Below, one piece after another: positions 13,020 to 26,500 of a stretch of 64,000 nt of DNA (its first letter is position 1; each line of letters opens with the position of its first letter). Source of the DNA: Raillietiella orientalis. Its lineage: Eukaryota. The position numbers and the translations under genes are program-made. The notes under the pieces were generated by a model that ran no database searches, was not told the origin of the DNA, and saw nothing but the letters and a program-made list of their open reading frames with translations. The stretch is taken from assembly GCA_036172245.1 (NCBI GenBank), contig JAYWIR010000030.1, positions 1,984,001 through 2,048,000 on the forward strand, in the 5' to 3' direction.

Positions 13020-14200
13020 TCACGGGTAAAGTGTTTTCCAACCTTCTCTCAGATCTTCCGAGTCCTGCTTCGGGAACTCGGAAGATCTGACCTGATCCCT
13101 CACCTGACCTTCATCCTTGGTCAACTTCACCGAAGGGGGAACTCGTTCCCGCGTGCACTGAACGCCTGTGCCCAGGGCCTGAGGCCCTTCCGTTCGTTCC
13201 GCCTCCGAGCAAGGAGAGAGCCACAAATAAGCCGGGGAGAGGTCGTCGGTTGGCCTTGCGAACGCGCGCTCCGGCGAGACACGAGTTCTCGGAATCCTCA
13301 GCTTCTTCGCTGCTGCGCTCAGGTGCGAGGGGGGGGGGGGACAAAGTGTGCTGCTTTTCCCTTCTTGACTGCGTGCAATCCGGCAACGGGGTGTGTAGTA
13401 TGTGGCAGATGAGGGCGGGGCGGGTTGCAGGGCAGCGTATCCCGAGGCAGGGTCGTCACCCGTCGCGCCCGGGGCGATCGCCAACATCAACACGCGGGCT
13501 GGAGACCGACTCCCACCGGCCTGGAAGTCGCGGGGACGGCAGCAAGTCGATGAAAACGGAAGAAATGGGGAGGCAAGGAAAGCGTGTTGGCACTGCACCT
13601 GATCTCCTGCAGAGCCCTCCTCTGCGGGCGACCACCTCCTCCCCCCCTTCCTCAGCACGGAGGCGGTCGCACGGGCCGCTGGAACAACAACTTTGCGCAG
13701 CGAGTTGGCGGCAAGCTTCCGCGGCCGCCTCGGCAGGAGCGCCGTGACAGTGCTTCTTTCTGCCGAGGCGAGGAAGGGGATGCGGAGAAGCCTCCGGGTG
13801 TCGCGGGATGGTTGCTGGCCGTTTCCAGCCGCGTTCGAGGAACGGAAGGCCTTGCGATCCAGCAGCGGGAGCGGGAGTGATGCCGCTGCAGGGAGAGCGA
13901 GCGCCGCCGAGTGCTGCCACCAGTTCCGAGTTCGTAAGGGAAAGTTTCCGACCAGCTGGCTCCCGTCCTCGACTAGGCGTCGTTCTGGGAGTTTGGTCAA
14001 TCCTGCGATGGGGTGCAGGAACAGCTTCCACCTTACCTCTCGACATAGGGCGAACGACTCTGAGGCTAGAGGTGGTGGCGGTGACCCGGAAACCCGCCTC
14101 TCCGGGTCCCGGAGGACCTCTTCTAGGGAGAGTTCTTCCCGTAGGGGGCGGAGCAACTCTGAGGCGTGCCCCCAGGTGTCGGCTGCTTTCCGTCCCCCAG
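13020..14200 (-). mobile_element. Degenerate LINE RT domain (longest ORF of the window, 378 aa, catalytically dead)
   Basis: In order: RPLREELSLEEV, RNWWQHSA (~NWRPISL), LRIPFLASAERS (~LDFxKAxDRV), VLRKGGRRWSP..DQVQC (~VNG..RQGC), ATGDD (~YADD), SQEGKS, AYLWLS (~YLG). Confidence 0.65.
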
Positions 14201-15169
14201 AAGGGAACTTCGTGCATTGGAGAACACTTGCGTGTGTCCTCCGTTGCCGTCGACTTCCTGCAGGAGGTCTGGCTGTATCAGCTCAGCCGCGAACCATCAT
14301 GAAGAAAGTTCCGCCCTGCCAGTGCGGAGGAGCGATGGGGGAGGTGGAAGGGGAAGAAACCTGTTGAGACGAGGAAGAGGATGCGGCGGAAAGACTGTCC
14401 GCGGAGGGCAAGGAGCGGGGAAAAGAAGATCGAAGGAGTGTGGGGAAGTCCTGCCTCCCCCTCCTTTCCTTCCATGCGCTGCAAGCTCGCCCTCGTGCGG
14501 TTTCTTTCTGACCACGCGGAACTGAAGGGGTCCCGCGAATGGCAGAGCGATCCTCTCGCAGTTTCTTAGAGAAGTTGACCGAGCATCCGCCGTTGTGACC
14601 CTGCGACAGGTCCACTACCTCCTCTCTCCGCGGCGGGGATGCCAGCAGTCGATTGTGAAGCAGCGCATGCAGGAAAGTTCCACCTTCCCATCCCCTGAAA
14701 GAAAGCACGCCTCGGGAGAACGGGTCGTGAACGGGACACGCGAGTCAGTGTGTGTATTCGGTTTCCAGAGCGATCAATGGTAGCTCGCAAAATAATCATC
14801 CGCCCTCCCCCCCGCTCTTTCCGGGGATATGTTTTGAGAGCGGCAAGCGAGGAGACTGAGGCAGCTGCTTCTCCTCAGCACCGGACCTACGCATTCCGCA
14901 GTATCGATGGAAATTACGGACGTCGCTCAATAGATGGCGCGAGTTTCCCGCGGATTTCAACTGTCACGGGGATGCCGAGCCCCGCCGCCGCTTTGCTTCT
15001 GCCGTCCTCCCGGCAAGCAAAAGAGGAGCAAAGAGAGAGAGAAAAAAACGAGCACAAGATGGGACTCTGCGATCCTCCCTTGAGATGGGATTCCGACATC
15101 TTGTTTCTTCCTTCTCTCCCCCTCCTTCCCTCCCGTTTTTCAGCCACCTCGTGGTCGTTTGGCCACGCT

Positions 15170-15950
15170 ACCTTATGCTGCTGCTCGTAGCCTATCGGCG
15201 AGAATCCGCGTCGGATCCCGAGGACTCGGGTGCGCGAAGGTGCCTCCTCCATCTTCCGGAGGTGAAGGTCGGCGTCCCAGAGACTGCTCGTTGGGATGCG
15301 AAGCCGCGGGAAGGGTCCAGTCAGTCACGCTGGCGTTTCCAAAACGTCAGGCGTTCTTGGAAAGGGTGTTCTGCATCCAGGGGAACGAGAGTGCAAAGGC
15401 GATGCACCCCTTTCGAGATGTGCGCCCTGCCCTGGCCATTTCTTTCTTTCCTTTTCAGAAAGGAAGGGGAACGGACAAGAGAGCGATCGGTCGGTAATGC
15501 TGCATCCTTTCGCACGCCAGTTGCCGGTGATGGTTCTCTCCCTCTGCCTCTGCCCGGAGAAAGTGAGCGTCCAGCTCTCCGCAACCCACCAACTGCATTC
15601 TGCGGAAGACAGCTTCTTGCGCTTCCCTGGGTGAGGTGGACGCTCCTGACCCTTCCGGCTGCCCTCAGGATGGAGGGCATCAGCGCCGACGCGGGAAAAA
15701 TGACACGCTACAGAGGTGCCATGGAAGATCGATTTCCAGTCGGTCCTGCATCTCCTTCTGCTGGCGCTCACTTTGTCGCGGCTGGGGAACATTTCGTCGA
15801 TTCAGCAGTGAGGCCGGGAACGGGCTGTCAGTTGCAGACTCCCGAGTTCAGATGGCTGGATGCTTCGCAGCTTCCGTACTGACATCCGCTGTTTCTTTCC
15901 TTGGATCCCTGGCATTGCTGCACGGGGGTTCTTCCCCAAAGGAGGTTGCC
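15170..15950 (+). mobile_element. Degenerate LINE APE endonuclease fragment
   Basis: ORF 15085-15882: LHLPEVK (~LQETK), ASRGTRV (~SRGVAI), FCGRQLLAL (~GGDFNxxL), MEDRFP (~LxDxFR), RWLDAS (~SRLDxF). Confidence 0.45.
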
Positions 15951-16099
15951 AGACCCGCCTGAGGCCACGTTGGATGATTCAGAGGGTGCTCTAGCTGTGT
16001 ACCAGTCGCTTCGCACTTCTGGCGCAGCTTCCGGGAGAGTTCCCAAAGCGCAGGTAGGGAGGCATCTTTCCCGGAAAGGAAATGCCCTTTCGGGGACTC

Positions 16100-17170
16100 C
16101 AGCATCCCCTCTTTATCTCCCAGAGGAAAACACAGTCCGGTTTTGTCTCCTGCGTGAAGACTTCAGGGAGCACCTCGCTGCCGGGCTGGGTAGGCGGCCG
16201 CCGGTCGGGTGGTCCCTTCCCGTCCCTTGCCAGCTGCCCGCCAAAGAAATACTGGCATCGGTTCCCGACATCCTCACAGGGTGGGAGGACCCCATCCTGC
16301 GATACGCAAGCTGGTCTTGGAGGGTCCTTGATTACAGGGAGCCAGCGCTACGCGGAACGGCACCAGCATCCTCTTCCTTGGTTCCAGGAGCTGCATGTCC
16401 TCGACATCTGCGCGAGAAACCAATTTCTCGGCAACTGGGGAACTCACACTCTGCGCTCTTCCTCGCCGAGTGAAGGTAGAGCTGCGCCACGGGGGAGGCG
16501 GCGCGATTTTCTCAAAGCACCAGCTCGTCACGGGTTCAGATCCGGATCAAATCGGCTCCTTCTCAGGAAAGTCCTTAGAAAGACTTCCTGGAGGCACTCC
16601 TTCTTTGCGAAAGCCGTTCAATCTTCCCGGTTTTCGAGGAAAAGACAGAACGTCCGTGGCCTCTGCTTTCGGGCTGGGGGCAGCAGGTGGACGCGCTGCC
16701 CTTCCGCTTCTTGCAGCTCCCCGCTGCTCCCTCCACGTGCGGTCTCTTCCAACAGGTGCTCCTCAGGATGGAAGCTGACGGAGGACACTGCGGTAGATCT
16801 CATCGGGCAAGATCCTCTGATGACGGTGTACCCAGATCTCGCTACTGCTCCGAGCGCGCGGTCTGGAACGGAAAGAAGGCAGTCGTGAGGACACATGTGT
16901 AAAAGGCAAGAGGGCAAAGGGCACGGGTGGTCGGGGTGGAGCGGAGGGGCTCCTGGTATTGCAGCATAGAGCATAGGAAACCGAGTCGGTGCAGGAGGTC
17001 TACACTGGGAGGCGCTTGACAGAGACCAAGGACTTCAAGAACGAAATGTCTGGAGGGAGGAAGCCGCATCGTCAAGCAACGTCTGGAGGAGGCACGGAAG
17101 TCTCAGCGGTAGTCACAGTCAGCAGTCTGCAGAAATGACGCAGGACCACCGGTGCAGCGTTGCCTGAGTC
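16100..17170 (+). mobile_element. Degenerate LINE ORF1-like fragment
   Basis: Family motif ILTGWEDPILRYASWSW, RRM-like SLHVRSLP, and a decayed knuckle VCRNDAGPPVQRC near 17130. Confidence 0.4.
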
Positions 17171-17499
17171 ACCGTCGTCATCGTTACCGATTCACTCGAC
17201 TGCATATCGTCATGCCCGACGTCATCGGGGTTCTTCACAGCAGCTCGGAGAAACGACTGCTGCTGCTGCTGACATCGAGGTTTCGGCTGGCGGCTGTCAC
17301 GGTCAGACAATCTGGACAGAGCCGTCTGTCGGTGAGGAAGAATCAGAATCATTCATGGCCGTAAAGTGGAGCGGCATACTTCCTGTGTGAAAAGTCATCT
17401 TCGAGAATCGTCATGTGCAGACGAAGGATATGCCCCACTCTCCGACGCGATGCGGTACGTTCATCCGCCTGGACCCGTTGGCTCGTGGCTCAGCAAAGA

Positions 17500-17800
17500 G
17501 ACCGACAAGCATCAAGGGCTTCGCGTCGCAACCCTTGTTGACCCCGCGCGCGGCCGTCCAAGACTAGCTTGCATCTCGTAAAATGGGGTCCTCCCACCCT
17601 GTGAGGATGTCCGGAGCTGATGTCGGCATTCCTCTGAAGGGTAGCTGGGAAGGGTCGGCTCCCTTTTGCCTTCCTGGAGGGGTGGTCCAAGGGGCATCTC
17701 GCATCCGCAATGACGACGACTCGATCGCTCTCTTGGAGGGAGCGCTCCGAGTGCAGCAACGGGTGGACACCTGGGATCTTCCGACGTCGAGTGACGACTG
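17500..17800 (-). mobile_element. ORF1-like N-terminal fragment, inverted relative to 16100-16330
   Basis: PDILTGWEDPILRDAS*SW; 29-nt exact inverted match between 17583-17611 and 16267-16295. Confidence 0.45.
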
Positions 17801-19279
17801 CCTGTTGAGGAAGAGACTTCCGTCCACCAAGGAAGGCGCACTGGCGTCCCGAGAGCCCGCTCCAAGCTAGTACGTGGCGTCAGAGGCTCCACTGGCAGGC
17901 CCACTGGCGGCTGCGACCTCACTGTCGTCGCCGGAGGACAGAGACGTAGGGCTCCGCGGGGAGGCGATGGGAACGACGACTCCATTTTCCGCGGCTGTCT
18001 CTGGCGTAGCGACGAACTAATGGGGCTGGTTCCGCGCTTTTTTCCTTCTCGATGTGGAAGAGCGAAGAGCTGTGCTGCTCTTGGAGACGAGGATGTCCCA
18101 CGCAGCGGTCCAGGACGTGCAGCCGCGTCTTGCGTCCTGCACCTTAAGCATGTCCCCCCCCCCGCCTCCTAGAGGGCCCGCTCGAGGCTCTGCAGATGCC
18201 TTCCAGGAAAGAGGTTGAGCTCTCTCGGAGGGAGACGAAGACAAGCAGATAGGGCCTTCGCCCTCGTTACGGACACGAGCCGCCGCAAAGGGGGTCGTTC
18301 CGAGAACCCAAAGTCCTCTCTTCCAGGTCGGAAAGTCACTTTCGTGGGGATTCCGCATGTCTGGAAGGATGCTCCTCTGTCTCGGGAGAGAGGGACAACT
18401 CTTCATCGGGAGCATCGAAAGAGATCCATCGTGCTACCCTCCTCTCCCCTCCCTGCTGCCCTGTCCACTGGTGGCCTCATCTTAGCGTCGCACCATTTCC
18501 CATTCATCCGGGAGATGCCTCTGTTGAGACCCGACATTTCAAAATCCTAAGAAGAGCTTCTTTAACACCGGCCGCTAATCCACCTAGTCGACCGGATCGT
18601 AGCTTTAAGACCGTGCGTTGCTGCGGCGACGGAGATGAACGCGGGAGCTCTTTTTCAGCAGAGAGCATCTGCCTCTGCGTGGCGTCCTCTACGAACACGT
18701 GGCGAATGATGAGTGCCCAGGGGAAACTCATCACTCACGGCAATCAAGAGCCCCGAGGCGAGTCGCAGGATGCTGTAGCTGCGGCAACCGCGGACGCTAA
18801 CCCGCTCGGGTGGCGAGGAACACATGGAGCGTGGTGGAGACGTGTCCTGGAGGCGGACACTATAGCGACCCGCTCTCGTTCAGCGCTCGGTCCGAGGGAT
18901 GGGAGCGCCTTTCCCGCCTCTCTATCTCTCGAGGGCTCTCCGAGACGGGACGTGCCTGAGATGCGTGGATGAGGGAAGCTGCGGCACCGCTTCCCCTGTT
19001 GGGGTACACGGCCAAGGCGTGCAGGCATTTCCTAGGAGCGCATCTTGGAAGGAACAGATGAAGAGGGAGGCCAGGAGACGAAGGCAGGTCGAGCGCGGGG
19101 TCGGATTATTTCCGACTTGCCCTTTTCCCACCGGAGGCGCCGCCACTGGCACCTCCGGTTTCGACGAATGGATGGACGGATGGGTCCTTCCTTGGAGAGA
19201 GAGAGGCACTCAGTCGGTTGAGCAGCGAAGGACGATCGGCAACTCCTCCGGTGCTATGGAAACGAAGAGGTCTTCTCCG

Positions 19280-21150
19280 CCGCTTTCTTCCTGTTTGCAC
19301 TGTCATTCGCGCAAATGAGGAACGCGGAAGCGTTCTCTCTGCTCCCTGGAGGAAGCCGCTGGCGCGCGCGCTGGCTCGACGGGAGCCCCCTACCGGTCGC
19401 AGTGCGCGTCGCTTCCGCGCCTCAGCGACAGATCTCCCGACGCGGAGGCAGTGGCTGGAAGTCGGTGGAGGCAGCGGTCTCATCCCCATCCGGGGAGCGA
19501 GAGAACCGATTCAGCCCAACCCCCGTCTCCCCCTCCTCCTCGGACTCTGGGCGTTTTCCGCAAGCTGGAACGCGCGGGGACGTGGAAGGGCCAGCAAGTA
19601 CCACCAAAGCCTCCTCAGCCAGTGCCAAACGAAAAGAAGGGGGGGGGGGGGTCGAGATGCCTGCAGAGAGGCGGAGGCGTTCTGCTGCGGCGGAGGAGCG
19701 CGGGAAGGAGACGGTGACCACCTGCCGCCCGAGGGCGCGTCGCCGCCGCAGAAGTGCTGCAGCCGCGACTGCCGTTTCCCACGTCGTGACCGGACTGGAT
19801 ATGATCCATCACTCTCAGCATCTCTCCCTCCCGATCGTCCCCTCATTATGATTTACAGCGTCCCTCAAATTAAAATGCTCCGAAGGATGTGGCCTCGGGC
19901 GCAGCAGAGGAATCCCTCCGGGGGATAAGGGGGTGCGAGAGTGCGAACTCTTGACCCCGGGCGGTGCTCTGAACGTCTTCGGAGGCCCGTCCGCGAGGAC
20001 TCCCCTCTTCCGCCACCCCGGCGCGTACGGAGGCTGCATTTTCACCTCCCCCTCCCCGTCCCTTGATTACAGGGGCCGAGGCCGACGGGACCACAACATC
20101 CCTTGCCCGTACTCCCGGCTGCTCCACGGGTCTCGCGCGCACCTGGGGAGGAAAGGATAAGGAAGGACCCTCTGCCTCGCAGGGGAGATCGGCGCCTGCC
20201 CCCCGCTTGGCTTTCCGCTTTTTTTCCGAGGCTGTCTCTCCCCTAGAAACGTCCTCTCTCCCCTACGACCCCCGCAGCGCATTCGAGAAGGGAGTCAAGA
20301 GTGGGGTGCTTCGCTTCAGCCTCCCTCGACCCCAGTGAGGGGGGGGGGAGGAAGGGACAAAAGGTGGAAAGGATGGCCTGTCTTCATCAGTCCTGGACCC
20401 CGTGGGTGAGCCTGACCTGCTAGGGACCTTTTCCCCGTCCCATTTTGATGAAAGATCTTTCCTGAGGTTCGCATATGGTCACCTCGGCGTAGGGATCCAC
20501 GAAGACCTCGAATGGAGCTCGCGTGGACTTGAGACCGCCCTGGGGACTCAGCCACGCCCCGGAAAATGACCGGGGACCTCCTCTTCCAGAGCGCGGTCCG
20601 TTGCCTAAACCAGGAAAGCCCAGGGCAAACGAGAGCACAGGGAGGTGGACCCATTGGATCCCTCCCGCAGGGAGCAGCTCTTCTCAGTTTCGTCCGGTGG
20701 AGGGCAGGGGCACCAGTAGAACGAAATTTCGAAGTCCCCGGAAGGCTCCCGATCGCTCGCTGGTCGTCCCGCTTTCTGGACAGGATGCTTTGCCGGCCGA
20801 GCTCCTCAGGCACTCTCCAGGATGCTTTTTTCGGGATGGACCATCGACCAGCGCGGGTGCCACGCGTTCTTGCCCTGATCAGTGCAGACACACTCTCTCT
20901 CTACGGGTGTGAATCGGCTGCACAGAGGTCTTACCGTTCGCAACGGCGGGCAGGGAGAGGGACTCAAGGAAGTCGACTCTCCCATTCCCCGACGGCCGGT
21001 TTTCGCGGAACTTTGCTCCCTGAGCAACGGGAAACAGGAATGGAAAGGGAGGCTTGCCTCATCGAGGCGGAGACGGTCTCGAACCTCCGCGCCATCTCTC
21101 CTGAGTGTTTCGAACCATTGAGTCGCGGGGGCGTTCGGGAGGACGGACGA
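19280..21150 (+). mobile_element. Degenerate LINE EN domain and EN-RT linker
   Basis: LIMIYSVP (~LINVYAP), LTPGGALNV (~GGDFN), GLARTW (~LxDxWR), PRLAFRFFSE (~SRLDRFLIS), GAALLSFVRW (~GAxxRSRxRW). Confidence 0.55.
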
Positions 21151-21299
21151 TAGAGGGCGCGCCGAAAAATGAGCAACAAAACAGATAAATAACTAAAGTG
21201 TTTAAGGGATGTAATGGAAAGAAGAAGAGAGGAAGGAGAGACGAAGAGGTTGCGTTTCCAGGGTGAGACTCCATCTCGGTACGAGGCAGCTCTCTGTGC

Positions 21300-22620
21300 A
21301 TGCAGCGACGTACCTACTTTTTGTTCTTCGGTCTTTTCAAGACACTGAGTGCTGAGATTCTTTTCCTCAAGATCAAATCGTTCAAAAACCTCGACCTTCC
21401 TCTTTGGAGCACATAAAAAGACTCGAGAAGAAAAAGAAGAAAACAGGTATCTCGAGACGAGTCGACTTGGCTGAGGCAAGCACTCTTCGCTGCCATTTCT
21501 TGCATTTTTCCTTAGACACGCTGGGTACCCTTGTCGTGCTGTTTACTCCTCACCAGTCCAGGAAGAAAGCTCGCTTTTTTTTCTTTTTCAATAACAAATG
21601 CCAGAGATCGCTGTGAATTTCTCTTCCGCAAACCATCCGAGCTGAATAGTCTTGGCAAACCCATGAGCCAATCAGAATGCGACTTGGAACACGAGCAAGC
21701 AAGTCATCCTCTGCAGTTGCGCGATTATTCCTGACGCCCCAAAGAGACGAAAGTACAGATCTCTTAGCTTAAAAAGCCAATCCACGCGTTTCATCTTCTG
21801 CGGGACAGGAAAGAAGATTCCTCTTGAAGCTCAGTACAGCACGGAAGATGCCTCTCGACTCGGATCTTCCGGCAGGTCTGAATCCTTCTTTCCGATAGGA
21901 AAGAGTCGCTCAGGAAATAAGGTAAGGGTTCGCTCGAGTGAATCGTGACGGCAGGCCCCGAGCCCACGCCAAGACAGCAACATCCCGTCTTCCGTGCAGT
22001 TCTTCCACTCGCTTTTCTGCCTTTCTCTTTCTTCTCTGCGCTTTTCAGCTGTGTTCGTCTCCCATTCATCTCATACTGCGGAGACGAAGAAGAAGAGATG
22101 ATGCCGCCCCAATTTCCAAAGCGTCCTCAGGAAAAGAGGTTCACCTCGCTTCTTCCTAGGCGAAATGCGTTCCATCTCTGCTTCCCTTTCGAAGGCGGAT
22201 TTCAGAAGTTTCCGGATGGTGGAGCAATTTTTTTTTGTCATTCTCAGCGCTCTTTCCCGGAAATTCTCGCTGACGTTCTCGCAACCTGCCGCGGCGGTCA
22301 TCATCACGAGCCACGACAATCCAAGAAGAACGTTTATCGACAATCCAAGTCGTGAGGCCATTTCCACCACTTTCTCATTTTTCCGCCCGTTTTTTTTTTT
22401 CTCCTGCCGAGGAAGCAGTATCCCTACGTCCTCGCTTTTCTGAGCCCCAATTTTCGATTTTACGTTCCAAAGAGCTTGGTGCAAGAGAAGTTTTCTTCTC
22501 ATCAACTTATGGTCTTTCATGTCCCTTCTCCCTCATCTTCCCTCGGCAGTCAATATCATGCGAGACATCTCTGTGGGAAAAAAATAGAAGGAAAGTGCTC
22601 GAGGATGAGCGAATCTTCTT
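21300..22620 (-). mobile_element. Degenerate LINE EN domain
   Basis: GAQKSEDVGILL (~SxGVAIL), WLVMMTAA (~LVNxYAP), LRTLWKLGRHHLFF (~LxDxWR..FT), NAWIGF (~WxxFK). Confidence 0.5.
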
Positions 22621-22869
22621 CCTCAGGTCACGCGTCAGATTTCACTGTCGATCTTCTCGAAATCTTTGAGATCACGAAAACACCACAAGACGATTCTAGA
22701 GTCGAGCATCTGGGAGGAAAATTCTTGCTTCACTTTCCCTCTTCGGGCCTTTTCGAGGGTGGCTGCGCTCTGGGTGCTGAAGGACGCGTTCACGGCCGTA
22801 TGGCCGCGGTCTCCGCTCATGGAACCGAGTGTTGCAGGTTTGAATCCCCACCGGGAAGAGAAACGCCGA

Positions 22870-23330
22870 GAATGGGGATCGTGGGTTTCGAGCCTCCCAT
22901 CAAGATGACTCTGGTTGGTACATTTGAGTACAGCAATGGTGGAAGCCGGAAACTGGATGCCGCCGTAGACTGGCCGGGATTGGAAATCGACCTTCTGGAG
23001 TCCCTTCCGGGAATCAAGGAGTCCCGCTTCCCTTCTGAGTTTCCCTCTGGTTGTGAGAATGGAGCCGCCTCCCACTACGCATCATGGAGCTGGTTGATAT
23101 CTCTCTCGGGAAATCGCCTTTCCAGAAATGCGCTGCTCCCTTCTGGGTGCGCCCTTCAGAGAAATTTGGCCGGTACCTACAAGAACAGTTGGGAGCGTTC
23201 TGACAGGATTTTTGCTGGATCCCCAAAAAAGCCCCTGGGACATGCGAGACTCGGAGTAAATATAACATTCTTCCCACAACACTTCCTAGGCCTATCACGA
23301 CGCTACTCCGATCACCCAGACATTTTCAGA
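22870..23330 (+). mobile_element. ORF1-like N-terminal fragment
   Basis: DAAVDWPGLEID..KESRFPSEFPSGCENG..YASWSW. Visible nucleotide homology to 45790-45995(-) and 50250-50400(-). Confidence 0.5.
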
Positions 23331-23599
23331 TTATGAAACATACTCTCTTCTCTCGGATCATTCATCCCCTTCATCTCCACCCTCCTTCTCATATTCATCA
23401 ATCATCGCCGGATTCATCCACTGATATCCTTCAGTTACAGGACCATCCCTCAGCTATTCCCCACTTAACGCACAGAAGGGCGATCTTTTTCGTTTTGCTC
23501 AGGAAGCCATCAGTTCCAGGAAGAAGAGAACAAGAAAGGAAGGTGGAACTTGGAGAAGTGGTGGTCGGGACCGGTGAAGCTTCTCAGGCAGACCTCAGT

Positions 23600-26500
23600 G
23601 TCTTTCGAAGGAAAGAGTGGCCTTGAACAGAGCACTCAGAATGGTTTGGTGACCCCGATCCTGGCAGCTTGAGAGACCTGACACAGCTGGCTCCATCGTC
23701 ATGGCGCGTGTGATGATTTGGAGTGCTCCGAAGGGCGCAGAAAAAAAAGAGAGCTGCTGGCCTCTGACCATTCCAATGCCCGAGCTGCTCGGCTGGGGAC
23801 CCTGGCCACGTTTGGTGCTCCAGAACAACAACAACCGGATCATCATTATTGTGCCCGTCGCCTTTCTTCCTGCTCATGAACTCGACGATAGCTCCAGCAA
23901 GGAACAAAGGTAGGAGAACGAACTGCTGTCTCTTTTCACCTCCCGGGGCGCACTGGAATCGGGCGAGTGTTCGTTAAGATCCCGGACAGCCGGGAATCCG
24001 ACGAACCACCAAGTGCTGAAAGGGTTCGAAAGGTGCCTGCTGCGTGTGCAAGAACACTTCAGGGGGAGACTGGTGCTCACCAGACTATAGCACAGCACGG
24101 CCGCAATGCATACTGGATACCCTGCCTGGTTCACCGGACGCTACAGGCAGTGCCCTCGGACATAAGAAATGCTTTCACAGTTCCTCCGGACCAGTCGGGC
24201 AGATTGCACAGTTGATGGGGGAGAAAACTCTTTTTTTCAGTACCCCAAATTTCATACAAACGAATGAAGATGATCAGTGAACGAGGAAGTGGAAGAGGGA
24301 AGGAGCTTTTTCCTATAAACACCTGACACATGAGACCAGGAGAGTGCCATCGAAAAATGACCACTGGACGCCGGATACGAGGTTCCAGCACGACTCGCAA
24401 AAAGCTCGTGAGTAGAAGATTCAAGTCATCGGATAAAGGCGATGCACAAAACACCGAAGTGGGTGGAGCAGAAAGCCGCGAGACAACTCCACATTCCAGG
24501 GGGACTGTCGGCCAGAACATTCTTGAAGTGCGATGGTGCGATGCAAAGGAAGTGCTGCGGACCTGAAGGCCGAACCAAAGAGCCGCAGAGGAAGAAGGAC
24601 GACTCGTGAAGGCGGATGAGTCAACCGGTAGTGACGCCGAAAAGGATACTCTTTTCAGCAAACGGTGCCTTCCGGTGGTGGGTCAGTGAGAGATGGCAGC
24701 ATGGAACCAGTCGTGTGTTTGTGAGAAGACCAGTCGCCGGCGCTTCCTTTGCCGGCCACGTTTCCGGATCCAGGGATTCCTGACGCAAGCCCAACAGGTG
24801 AACCGAGCCTGACGATGGGGTGTCGGCATGTGTGAGCTTCTCACTGGAAGGCACGTGCACTCCGCGAGATCGCTTTTTCAGGAGAGGGAAGGAGCAGTCC
24901 TTGGCGGCTAGTAGGTCTCGTGAGCCTGACCCGTGTAGAAAGTCGATTGCGATTTATGCCCACGGCAGAGTGTTTACCAAGTGTTCTTGACCTCATTGAG
25001 AGGCTGGTAAGGCGGCCCGCAAGCCAGATTTGTCGCTCCACTTCCTGTGCCTCCTTCGAAGGGTTCTCGCGTTACCATGGGCATGGAGACGGAAGCGGCC
25101 TTCTCGAAGACTTTGATGGAAGGTGCGCTTCGAGGAACATCCTGAGCTTCGTGAGCAGGGCAGCCTAGCCTTCAGCCATCTGCCCGCGGATGAAAGACGA
25201 CATCGCCAGGGAGGGAAAGCACATGGTAGGACGAAAAGCTCGCCAGGTTACAAGGCGATCGGATTGCATTCACGGGGAAGTGGGATGGGAGGGTGGCGCT
25301 CTGAAATGACGGAGGCGAGTGCCTTCCTCATTCCTCGGTGAAGGAAAACCTGCTTGAGACCTCTGTGCCACAAATTGCGGTCCTCAGACGTTCAAGGATG
25401 TGAGGTGTCGTCCGGATGCTTATTAAATGCTTGGCGTCAGAAGCTGCTCACTGCGCCGCCGAATCCCAGCAATTAACGAGTGCCTTGCATACCGGTCGAA
25501 CACTGTGATTAAAGCTGAATGCAGGAGGTGCAAGAAAGAGGACCAAAACAGAAGCTGAGGAGGAGATTGGATTGGGGAAAATACACACATGGCACGCATG
25601 CGCGCGCACGGAAGACTCGTTTCCTCGAGACGCGTCCTCCACTGAGCACTTTGGAAAAGAAGGATGGCAGTCGGTCTCTCAACACCGGCATCCTCCTCCT
25701 CAATGCCACTGGACGTGGTGTGGTTCATCTAAATAATACGAAGGCGATAAAAAAAAATCATCCCGAAAGAAGATGAAACAAAACGATAGCTCATTCTGGG
25801 TCATTTCCCTTCCTCCGAATATTTTCTCGAAAAAGGTGCTTTTCCTTTTTACCATTTCCGAATCCACCCCTGATCGGGTGTTCTTGGCAGTCTTTCGTCT
25901 TCTCTCCTTTGCTCTTTCTCTGCCTGGATTTCTTCTCGACGTGTCTTCTGCGCATAAAACGCAGGAGCTCTGGTCTGTAGTTCGTCAGCAAGACGACCAA
26001 TGCACTCCACGCTTCGGGATTCCCCAATTCCTTCAGCGTGGTTTCGAAGCAGCCTCCGCCCCCTGTTCAGAGCACCTCATCTGTCTTGCTGGGCTCTCCC
26101 TTCGTACTGTGTTGCTTCCGAGACGACCATGCCCCGGTTTCGTTTTCATCCTAGGTGTTGTGGTTGGGGCTCGTTCCTCCCTTCTCTTTTCTCGACAGCA
26201 GGTTCCGTGCCCCTTTACCATGCCTTCCTCCTCATCGCTTCTTTTGACCCCAGTTTCCCTGAAGCAAACCCGAGGTGCACGTTCTTCACCCCTTGGAGCC
26301 CGATAGATTTCCCGCAGCTTGCCATAACACTTCTACGGAGCTGGAGACTGCCCCCAGCACCGCACTCGCTCCTCTAGCACCCCCTCTTGGTGCACGATTG
26401 ACCTGCGGAAGCTGTCCTTCTAGGAGTCGGGGCACACGAAAACCAGATTTCCGTGCTTGCCGTCCTTGTTGCAGATGGCCCCTCGTTAGTCCCATTGCTC

